This document shows positions 24,801 through 36,800 of a stretch of 64,000 nt of DNA, piece after piece. The translations under genes were made by a program, and so were the position numbers. Each line of letters opens with the position of its first letter. The stretch's first letter is position 1. The stretch covers positions 9,734,001-9,798,000 of the forward strand of contig NW_024704761.1 in assembly GCF_018977255.1 (NCBI RefSeq), given 5' to 3'. Source of the DNA: Callorhinchus milii. Lineage: Eukaryota. The notes below the pieces were generated by a model that was given only the letters and a program-made list of their open reading frames with translations, was not told the DNA's origin and did no database searches.

Positions 24801-27800
24801 TTCATTGATTTCGATGTGTTTATCAGATGATTAAACTGCCTTATGCAAATCTCGATTTTCTTTCATTTCCCCAGATGTGACCCATTTTTCATTCGATGTA
24901 TTAAGCCCAACATTAAAAAGGTAAGAAATGCCTGTTTTGGAAACAGCAATTTAAGCTGTTGTGCCCAATTGGCTGCCGCGTTTCATCCACAAAATTAACA
25001 GTCAATTCATTTTGCAGTATATTCTATGAAGGGCTTTGCGACATCTTGAAGACATGATAAGGCATTATATAAAATGCAAGGATTATTATCAAATGAGATT
25101 CTGTGGGGACAAGGTAACATGTTGGGATAGAGTGAATGTGCTTTCTGCTTTCAAACAACAACTATAATAACAATAATAATAATAATAATAATAATAATAA
25201 TCCTTGCATTTGATATAGCGCTTTTCACGTCGGGAGGACGTCCCAAAGCGCTTCACAGAACACACTGTAAAGTGAATTATCTCCATTAACTGCTGCCTGT
25301 TGCAGATCCCTGGTCTCTTTGATGTGGAGTATGTTGGAGCCCAACTCAGACATTCTGGCATAATGGAAGCAATCCACATTAGGAAAGAAGGTTATCCAAT
25401 TCGAATCACCATCGAGGAATTTGCCAACAGGTACTGTTAGATACATTAGAATGACAAGTATTGTAACACTCTGTGTACCCGTTCCCTGCTCTGATTCCCT
25501 TACCTTCAACACAGAAGCATGTGGCATCTTTGAACCTTTATTGAGTGTGTACAACCTGCAAAATCAACAGGCTAGAAATTCCAGGATTCAGAAAGGCAGC
25601 AGATACGTATCTATATTTAGAGGAAGGGATCTTTGATTTTTCCTAAGAGATAAAATTTCCCATGACCCAGCGACTCACTGGTCTGTCTTCCTACAGGTAT
25701 AACGTTCTGCTGCGGAGCAACAAGGAATATCCATCCAACAGTGAACTGTGCACTGCTGTTCTGGAGAAGGTCGTGGAAAGCGCAGCAGACGACTATCAGA
25801 TTGGAGTCTCCAAGGTAATCTGTCTGTAACTTTTACACTGATACTGTTGGATACTCCTTTAAGAATAAATTGACAATTAACACAAGGGCCAATAAGAAGA
25901 AGGGCATGAAGTACAAAAGGAGACTGGGAGAGGGTCAAAAGGGTGGTTAAGAATGTTTGGATTGACAAATAAAGAAGCTACTAACACACCCTTGATTTGG
26001 ATTGAGTTTTATTACAGATACTGTACATTGAAGGGGCACTGTCAGGATAGGCTGTTATTCTCGCTCTCTATCTCGTTTTCTCTGATAAGAACTCAATAGT
26101 TTATATACCTTTGCTTTATGGCAAAAAAAATGTTTGTGTGGATGTGCATAGTGCACATGGTTACTTGAAAACATAAATCATGTTCCACAAAATGGCAAGC
26201 ATGTGGGCAAGCAGATTATTTTTACCTGTATTTCTTACCTGTACTTCCACATCGGACTCTGATGCTGATAAACGGCTAATTGCTGTTTTACCACAAAAGG
26301 CACATGCTAGAGAACAGTGTTATATATCAAATATGAACATCGGGGAATAGCAGGAACACAAGAATTTGCATGGCTCAGTTTTTGCATCTGGCTATTTTCG
26401 TTGTGTGCCATTGCTTTATACTTTAAGTAACAGATTTCAATCTAGGAATTTTTAACATTTGAAACTTGATTAGTTGTAAATGAATTGGAGATTATACACA
26501 TTTCTGGTTTGCTTATCTCTGCTCTTTTTCTATTGGGGCTGAGGCACAGAAACCTCCCCAATTCTATAATTCTAAAATACAGACCCTACACTTGACAGCA
26601 ATTACCTGGGAAGCACGTTGTGGGGTTTTGATGTTATAATAATAATAATATTCCTTGCATTTGCTATAGTCCCTTATCACATCTTCAGGACGTCTCAGAG
26701 TGTTTCACAGAATCTATACTAATAAAGACAGAATGTCTGTCTGTGTGTCAAGAGTCCTCCCACAGGAGTCTTCCCACTGAGGCCTCCCACTGACTCCTCC
26801 AAACAGGAGTCCCCCTAAAGGATATGTGAGCAAATATGTGAACAAGCAATGCTAACAAGTTCAATAGCACATTTTTTAATCTTTTTTAAGAAGCGAAGAT
26901 CAAGCCTTTCAAGGACAAATAAAAATGCCAGAATAAAGAGAGGACGATTAAATTAAACTGGTTACAAGCATAACTGCAACGGGTACAGATAGTATGCTAT
27001 AAAGTTAATTGACTATATATTTTGTGGATGAATATACAGTTACACAACAACAACAAATTGCACTTATATAGCGCCTTCCACGCAGGGTAGTGTCTCAGAC
27101 CGTTCAACAGTGGTGGAGTCTGACTCTGAGCCAGTGGGGGAGGGTGGGTGGAGGTGGCCGTAAGCACGGTCGAAGATGAAGGTTTTCAGGTGGGACTTGA
27201 AAAAGGGCAGAGCGAGGGTAAGGCAGAGGGATTGAGGGAGAGTGTTCCAGAGTTTTGGGGCGTAGTGACTGAAAGCGCGACCTCTGATGGTGGGGCGGAG
27301 GGTGCGAGGGATGAGCAGGAGGTTGGTGCAAGTCGAGTGGAGGTGCCAGGTGGTAGATTGGGGAATGAGGAGGTCAGAGAGGTAGGGAAGTGCCAGGGAG
27401 TGAAGGGATTTGAACACGAGGATCTTGAAGTTAGAGGAGCTATGCTAAATGCAAGGAGATGGACTGGAAAAGCAGCTGTTCCCTATCATGCATGTGAAGG
27501 ATTTGGTATATTTTGTCTATTTTGTGAGTTAAGTGGGAGTGATCCTGAGCTTCATTCTGTTCTCTCTGGTGTCAGATATTTCTGAAGAAGACGATCTTCA
27601 CACAGCTTGAGAGTTGTCGGATGCAAACCCAGAGCTGGGCTGCCCTTACCATCCAGAAGAATATCCGTGGATTCATCACCAGAAGGAACTTCCAGTACTT
27701 CAAGGAGAAGACAGTAGTTATCCAGTCTCACATCAGGGGACATCAAGCCAGGTTAGAAAGCCAATAAAATCTGTAACATTACCAGTAGTCATTGAACATC

Positions 27801-30800
27801 CTGATCAGCAGGACGGGGAGAGCTTTACAGACAATACTTTCAAATGTACTAAGGTTGCTGGACAAGATGACAGGTAAATGGTTGGGAGGGTCAGGTTCAT
27901 AATAATAATCTCTGCATATGATACAGCACCTTTCACATCAAGAGGATGTCTCAACATGCTTCACAGGATACATTGCAAAATGGAGTGACCATGTGCTTTT
28001 AGGTGTAATTAGGACGGATACCGGAAAAGATTTCCTTGCTCAGGAGGCAATCAACAGCTCTAAATGGTTTACTGAGAAAAGTGGTTGAAACAAGTACAAT
28101 TAAGTCATTTAAGAGAAGACTTAATGTTGTAATGATAAGAATTAAGAAGATAGGGTAAGTATTTTGGAAGGGTGATTTTTTTTCATCCAAGCTCTCTTGT
28201 CAGTCCTCAGTAAAGAGTTAACAGGGAAGAGGCTTAGGAAGCTGTGATGGCATCCGTGCAGGTGCCAAGGAAATATAATGATCTCTTTGTCATCTTCTCC
28301 TACCCCATTCCTCTGCTCCACTTGGCTAACTCAAGCTTGCTACAAGTTTCCAGCTCTCTCCGTGTCAGCATTTAAGGCTGAACCTTCAGATTCTACACCC
28401 CTACCTTTGGAACTCCATCCCTCTACCATTCTGACTCCCACCCACAACCCCCTCTATTGGATTCAAACCTCATCTTAGAATTTACCTGTCGTGCCTCCCG
28501 ACGTGAAAGGCACTATACAAGTGTAATTTTGTTGTTTGTTGTTACCTCATTGACCATGTCTGAGGTCACCACCCCTTCCCTCTTGCCCTCCAGCCTGCTC
28601 TGGGTTCGACCTTGTCTTTGTAAAGTGCTCCGAAACTGTATTATATGTTTCACCCACAAAAAGCACAGTCAATCCACTTTACAACATATTCTGTGAAGCG
28701 CTTTGAGACGTCTCAACGACTTGATAAGCCGCTGTATCAAATGCAAGGATTATTAAAATTTTAAGAGTGCTATATAAATGCTAGTTGCTGTTGTAGCCAG
28801 AGAATGAATGTAATTCCTTCTGTTTCTATGGGATGAAAAGAACATATCTGGAAACTGACAAATGATCAGCCATTCGATGATTTGGTCGAGGTTTCAGGCA
28901 AATCTTGCTGGAACCTACAGCTGCCCAGCCTCTTGGAGGCACCCAGGATTGCCTCACAAAGCCAGTAGGTTGCTCAACCACACAGCAGTGCGTCAAAGTA
29001 AATCATTAACATGTCCAGTGGAGCTCTGATCTGCGTGAAGATTAAATTCCTTTTATTGCAATAAAGGGATGGTATCAGCTAATTCCTAGGAAAGTTGTTG
29101 TGGATACAAATGTGGATGACTCACAAATGGCACTGAAGAAAATTAAGACTGTCAGTGACAGTAAAGTTTAAAATATGTCCTGGAGAGATACGATCTGTTG
29201 GTAACCCAGTCCTGGAACAGTGTTCTTGCCCAGTTAATTTCATGTAAGAAGGGGTGGGATTTGTAAGATCTAGTGTCCAAACAGCTTTCAGTCCTGTGGA
29301 ATATTCAGGCCAGCCACTTGGCAGGAAACAATTGTATTTAAGCGGTGATTCAATCTGAGATCGGTGCACGGTGTTTCAACACCGTTTCTTGTGATGCCTA
29401 AGGTGATGGGCACACACCCCTGAGGCTATCTATCACAGCATGATTTCAGGAGCAAATTACCAATGCCTATACCAGAGCCAGAGCCATAGACTGACCCTCC
29501 CTCACTGTTTCTCACATACATGTTCCCAGTATCTGTTCCTCCTGTGCTGTCGACAGACACAACAACTTGCATTTGTATAGCGCCCTTCATGCAGGGTAGT
29601 GTCTCGGAGCGCACACAGTATACAGAAATAAAATCAGTGAAATATTTAGGCAGTCTCTCTCCACGGATATTTTTCTTTCTTCCATCTCCTTTTCCATTTT
29701 CTTTATGTTAATTATAGTCTGTTGAAGCAATGTCAGCTTAGACTATTTGCTTCCAAGTCCCAATGTGGGGCTTGAACCCACAACCTTCTGTCTCAGAAGC
29801 GAGAGTGCTACCACTGAGCCAGGCTGACACCTGCCACTTGATTGAGGTACTGGAAAGCGACAATTGCCCATTTTTGAACATCACTCCAAACTGAAATTTG
29901 AGGAATAGAGAAGAAAAGTAGAAAGAAGTAGAAAAGAAAAGTATATCTCTTTAATTGCCATCAGTGAGTTTGGGACAATGTGAATGTATTTACTGAGGGG
30001 CCCTAACATGAGTAGCACGGTGTCTAATTTCTCTGCACAGGAAACGCTATAAGAAGTTGAAGCATATGTTTTTACGGTTTGGGGCTGCAGTGGTCATCAC
30101 ACGCTCCATCAGTCACAGGAGACAGAATCAGGTAGGACAGAATGACTCTGTGACTCCCTGGTTCATTCCTCCATCACCACCAACAGTTGCTCTCCTCCCC
30201 CCGGCACCTTCCCATGCCAGCGCAGGAGATGCAATACCTGCCCTTTCACCTCCTCCCATACCACTGTCCAGAGCCCCAAACTCAGTGTTCAAGTGAGACA
30301 GCGATTTACGTGTACTACCACCAATGTAGTTTACTGCATTCGCTGCTCATGATGTGGTCTCTATATTGGGGAGACCAAACGCAGATTGGGCGACCGATTT
30401 GCCGAACACCTCGGTTCTGTCCGCAATCACAACCCTGAGCTTTCGGTTTCTTGGCACTTCAAATCTCCCTCCCACTCGCATTCTGACCTCTCCTACGCTG
30501 TTCCAATGAACTACAGCGCAAGCTCGAGGAACAGCACCCCATCTATCTGCTAGGGACCATACAGCCCTCTGGTCTCAATATTGATTTCAACAACTTCAGA
30601 CCATAACAGCTTACCTTCCCGCTACCCCTCTTCTGTGACCATTACCACATCACCTGGGTCCCAGACACACCTTTTCTCTCTTTGGTCTGCTGTTTTGTTG
30701 CAATCTTTCCCCTCCTTTGTTTTGTATTATTAACACTTCTTTAACCCTTCATCCTCTGTCCTCTACCCCATTTTCTCCTTTGTCTTCCTTGCCCTGCTTT

Positions 30801-33800
30801 CCCCCTGTCTGTTAGTCCTTAAAAGCCTCTCCCTCCCAACATGCTTCAGTTCTGACGAAGGGTCGTGGACCTGAAACATTGACTCACTTTCCTTTCTCCA
30901 TAGATGCTGCCTGACCTGCTGAGTGTTCCCAGCGACTTCTGTTTTTGTTTCAGATTTCGAGCATCTGCAATGTTTTGCGTTTGTTTAGGATAGAATGAGC
31001 TCATTGCCTGTGTCTGTTCCAGTGCCTTGGGACGTCCTCCTGACGTGAAAGTCACCATACAAATGTGATTTGTTGTTGTTGAATGGGGCAGGGGAGTGCT
31101 GCAGTGAGTGCACTAACCCAATGTAGCACCAGTTTACTGCTCATTCCTCACTCCTTCTGTCTTCCCACCATCACACCTTCAAGTACTGTTCAACTACTCT
31201 CTGGTACGGTTTCTCAAAATCCCTTCATCCAGTGCCCTCTATCCCTGCCTTACGATTGTGCTTTTGGTCACCATCCTCAAACTCCGCTCTCCTTTCCTCT
31301 CTGCTTGGTGTCTCCCTATCATCAGTCATCCTCCTTGAAAAATACCAAATCAATGCAAGTAGCTGTTGTATCACATGTTTGTCAGAGTTTTACACATGAG
31401 GCTCACCATACCCCAAAGACAGTTGAATAAGGTCAGTGTTCACAGGTCAGTGTCTTCAGTCTGTTTTCCTGCATTAGTTGCCGTTGCTGTACATACAATG
31501 GAAGGGTTTGATTTGGTCCAGATGTGGAGACCAGAATGCAGCTGTAGGGTGAATTTGTGGGAAATAAAGGGAAGAGGCTGCAGGGAGGGAAGGTTCCAGT
31601 CTACACTAACCTGTTTTCCAGCAGCCTGTCTATTACCAGGTGTCCTTTTATGAGGACCTGGTTTTTGCACGATGTAGTAGTTGATGGGTAAACCTGGTAT
31701 ACAGATTTGTATTGGACCTCTAGAACGTCTAGTTGTTGGCATGTTACATAAGTCCTTTCCCCAATATGAATGCAGACTTCCATCAAATAGTTAGAAAGGG
31801 AACCATGAGCCTTCAGATAACAGCTGCTGGAAGGAGTCCAGGTTTATGAAGACCCTCTCATATATCCAGGGCCTGATTGGTACCAGAGAGAAACAGCTGC
31901 TCAACCTCCAACTAACATGGAATCACTATTCTTGATAGGGTCATATGTCCTGGCTGTGATCAGAATGGTGGTCACAATGCTCTCACACATTTTACACTGC
32001 TCACTGCCACCATATGGCTCTTCAGGAGTTTCTGGTACTTAATAGACAACTTACTAGGGTTCAGACCTGTGTTCATCAGATGTCTAATGACTAACTTTGA
32101 CTATCCTCCTGCCTTGTAACTATCTTCAAGCTTTGGCTGTTGCCAACCCGTGCTTAAGCTCTGTGATTTGGTGAGCAAGGTACATCCCTCTGGAGAGAAT
32201 TTGTTCATACCAGACAAACAAAGCCATATATACATGTAGCTTTCAGTATTTTGGTTTGGACATTCTTAAGAGTGGTGATGGAAATCAACATGTGTCAGAC
32301 CACCAGCTGACCAAATAAAAATGATTCTGTATGCACTCTTGCACACTCGCGGGTTATTGTTGGGACCGATCTGAACACCTTAAATTCTGGAGGTTGTTCA
32401 GTGGCAATACTAACTGCAGGGTTAATCGTCCATGACCTTTTTAATATGAACACCGTGTTCAAGATATGGACATTCAAGACAATAATAATCCTTGTATTTG
32501 TTATAGTGCCTCATCACGACATCGAGATGTTTCAAAACGCTTCACAGGATATACTGTAAAGTGTAGTCACTGGGTGTTTTGTGGGCAAAACGTGGCAGCC
32601 AATTGCACACAGCAGTATCTCACAACCAGTCATGGATTGAGTGACCAGATTATTATTATTATTATTTGTAGGGATTATTACCCCCAGAAAGTGATCCACC
32701 AGTCGCCTAACAAGTGGGTTCCTACTTACTGCTAGGTAAACAGAGGCGTGTGTGTGGTGTAAGGAAATGTGCGAACCGTGCAGAGAACCTGACTGACCGA
32801 GCTGTTGACGAGGTGCGCAGAGACCTTCCGCAGTATGTGTGGCAATCCCAGTGCCAAGATTGGTGTTGCACTAGTCATGGCAGGTCAGGCTCAGGTGCCT
32901 GTGATTGGAATATTAGCTCCTGCGACTGACAATGAAAAACAACCCCACTCACCTTCGATGGCTGCTGCATTCAATACAAATGATGTCTCCAAGCAACCGC
33001 AACAAAGCTCAAAGGCCTGTGGTGATGTGTTTCATCGCCAATAGAATTAACCAATAGAAATACAATTTATATAAAGGATGGGTATAAAGCCAGTGAGATG
33101 ACAAAATATACAGCGACAGATAAACCTGCCACTCTGGGAGAAACATGCACCAACATGGACAGAACCCAACAGAAACATGCAGCAGAATACACCATACCAT
33201 GCAGATACAAACATGCAGTACTCCACCCAAAACACACTGTACCATACAGAAACACACACCAACATGCACATAGGTTGAAACCCTGGTAGCTAAGCATTGG
33301 GAGAGTAAGGAATGTTTTGAATTGTTTGCACAGGTGTTTGGCGCAATCATGTTCCGAACAGAGTATAATTATTGAACGCAGTGTTCAGTAAGTCACTATC
33401 TCGGCCAATCGGGAGATTAGAAGACAGGTACTTAGGCAATTCAACAAACCACTTTGCCATAGCAACCGTACAAGAGGGTGGGAAAGAGTGCCTGGAGCAC
33501 CATCCCACATACTCAACCAAAACCCGGCAGGACATCATTGCAGTGTACAGAAATACAGGTGAGTAGTTCAGGTTTTCAGCTCTTGAAAGGTCAGCTGGAT
33601 TATGGCGAGAGTGTGTGACACAGCTTCACAGCCTGTAGGTATCACTTTCCATTTGGAACTCCGGCAAGATGATGATCTCAGCCAGCAACGTCAAAGCACC
33701 AGGAGAAGTGGCTCTTGCATCAAAGTGGTCTTCTACAGAAAAGTTGCAGTCGGTCAAAGGAATCGACCGCTGGGTCGCTCAAACTCCTCATGCAGGCTGG

Positions 33801-36800
33801 GTGCAGCTTCAAGCGATAGAATCGGAACTGCTGTTGTTTATGTGGCTGAAGAACACTGTGTAGCTGGACATGCCTGAGCTTGCGGACAAGCTTGGCTGTG
33901 GCTCCTGTCCAGCTGTGGCATGAGGGCAGCTTTCAAGCTGTTGGTTGACACAGCATTGCAGACAACACTATGTCTGTAGTAACTAAGACAATGTATTACT
34001 CGATGGAAGAATCTTTTGGACGCTCCATTGGTGGCACAGTTCGAAAATGCACTGTTGTAGTGGGCCCGAGCCAAAAAGATGTGGAAACTCCGAGCGTAAC
34101 TAATCTCAGACCAAGCTTCAGTTTCCTCAGGCTAGGAAGAAGGAAAGTGAACCCTACTAAAAATTGTTTGAAGGTAAAAAAGGTGTGAAGAAATTAAGAA
34201 GTTCAGGTGTGGTGTCCTTTTTCTCCCCTCTCCCATCCCCTTCCCCATGGCCATTTTTCTGCATTTGTGCAGTTATCATTTCATGTCAACTTTTTCCATA
34301 CAGGTCACATCACCATCGCCCCCAGGAGCATCCCACTACTCCACATACCACATGATATTCAGCAACACGACTCTCCTGGTGCTAACCCTCTTGAAAGGAA
34401 AAAAGTCTTCATACCTATTTCCCTACAACTGACCTCTTGGAAAAAATATAATAATTTGTTTATGAACTCCATTCACTGTGTATACCACTGCTGAGTTGGG
34501 CACATCCACATTCATTTTGTATACATTTCCCATTTTGGAAACATATCCCATTCATATCCACCTATTGCTATAATAATCCTTGCATTTGATATAGTTCCTT
34601 ATCACATCATGGAGAATCTCAAAGCGCTTCACAGAATATACTATAAAATGTAGTGACTGTTTATTTTGTGGGCGAAGAGCGGCAGTTAATTGTGCACAGC
34701 AGTGTCCCACAAACTGTAGTGAGACACTGCTGTGCGCAAGATAGAAAGGTATATGCGCAAGGTATATTAGATGTTATAAAGTAGGTGGCAGATGGAATTC
34801 AATGTTAGCAAGTGTGAAATTATTCACCTAGGTAGCAAGAATAAAAGAACATATTATTTTCTGGAAGGGGAGAAGTTAGATAGTGTTAGTATTCAAATGG
34901 ATTTGGGTGTCCTTGTACACCAGTCCCAAAAAGTTAGTTTGCAGGTGCAGCAGCAACTTAGAAGGCGAACGGCATATTAGCGTTCATTTCGAAAGGTTTA
35001 GAATATAAGAGTAGGGAAGTCTTGCTGCAACTGTATAGGGCCTTGGTGAGACTGCACCGAGAGTATTGTGTGCAATTTTGGTTTCCTTATATAAAAAAGG
35101 ACATACTTGACCTCGAGGGGGTGCAACGTAGATTCACTCGGTTAGTTCCTGGGATGAGGGGACTGACCTATGAGGATAGGCTGAATAAACTGGGGCTGTA
35201 TTATCTAGAGTACAGAAAAATTAGGGGGGATCTTATTGAAACTTATAAGATTCTTAAAGGGCTGATAAAGTAGACACAGAGGGACTGTTTCCCCTGGTGG
35301 GAGAATCTATAACCAGGGGTCACAGTCTGAAAATTAAGGATCAGCCTCTTAGAACAGAGTTGAGGAAACGTTTCTTCACTCAGAGGGTAGTGAACTTATG
35401 GAATTCACTACCCCAGAAGGCTGTAGATGCTCAGTCCTTGAACATTTTCAAGGCTGAGACTGATATATTCTTGAAAAATAGAGGGATTAGGGGATATGGG
35501 GAGAGGGCAGGTAATCAGAGTGAGGTGAGAAGATCAGCCATGATCTTATTGAATGGCGGGGCAGGCACGAAGGGCCGAATGGCCTACTCCTGCTCCTAAT
35601 TCTTATGTTCTTATATTCTAAATATTTCAAAGTGATACATTTAAAATTGTAGGTTAGTGGCAGCCTTGGCCACTGTGAGTCCTGTCATCTGTGAACCGTC
35701 TTGTAACAGTAAGGGGGCGGGAGAAGGGCTGTGCTGTACTGCACCTGTGCCTTAGTTCAACAGGTGCGATGTGGTCAGGAAACAGGTAACAAGTAAAGCC
35801 ATCCTCCAAACATACTCTTTAGTACAGGATCAGGGTGCGGTAAAGAGTTCTAGTAGGTGAGCAGAGGTTCATTGGCAATTACCTGCAGTGACGTATTCCC
35901 ATTCTTGATTGGGCAAAGTTCAGCAGCAATAAATTCTGCTTTCCTCTCACTTCAAGTGTACCGATTCCTTCCTCCATGGACTTTGGTACAGTTAGGTAAA
36001 CGAGTATCGTGTCTACATTATCCTGCCGTGCTTCAGAGGCAGTTCTACAGTTAAGCAGTGTGCTGCGTGGAGAAAGACTAAATCCAAACAGCATCTGTAT
36101 TCAATCGAGAAGGAAAGAGGAATCAGGTATGTTTATTAAGGTCTAGGTGCAGCTATTGTTTACTAACGCAGGCAGTGGGGCTCCTGAGCTTTCAGGGCGT
36201 GGGGACTCCAGGTTGGGCAGCTCAGACCGCAGCTGTTTTGTTTCTCTTGTTTCTTTGTTCAAAATCATTTTGAAAGTAAGATTTGTTTGACTTTTGCTTT
36301 CAAACAAAAGAGGAGGCCCATGGAGGATTGTGTTCAGAGTTAATAATAATAATGATGATGATGATAATAATAATACTTGCATTTGATATCACATTATTGT
36401 GCAGTCTCAAAGCGTTTCGCAGAATCTATCGTAAAGTGGATTGACTGTGTATTTGTGGGCGAAACAAGTTACACTGAAATGCTCTCAAGAGGGCTTTTAA
36501 AAAGTGACAGTAAATAATGGTGGTTTGTCAGTGAAATGGGGAAATGATATTAAATCAAATGGGTTTTGAAGCTGGGCAGATTGAAAGCAATGTGGGAGGG
36601 AAATCTTCTGATTGCTAAGTGCATCAATGTACCACAAGGTGTGGTACTGAACTATCCTTTGTCTTTGGTGAAACAACCAGATTTCAGTCAGAGCAGCGCG
36701 AGGGAAATATAATTCATCTGTATATCACTAGGCTGGGAAGGAGGGAAAATCTCAGCCAGAATTCACGTTTCTCATCATTTCCGCCCACAAAATATACAGT

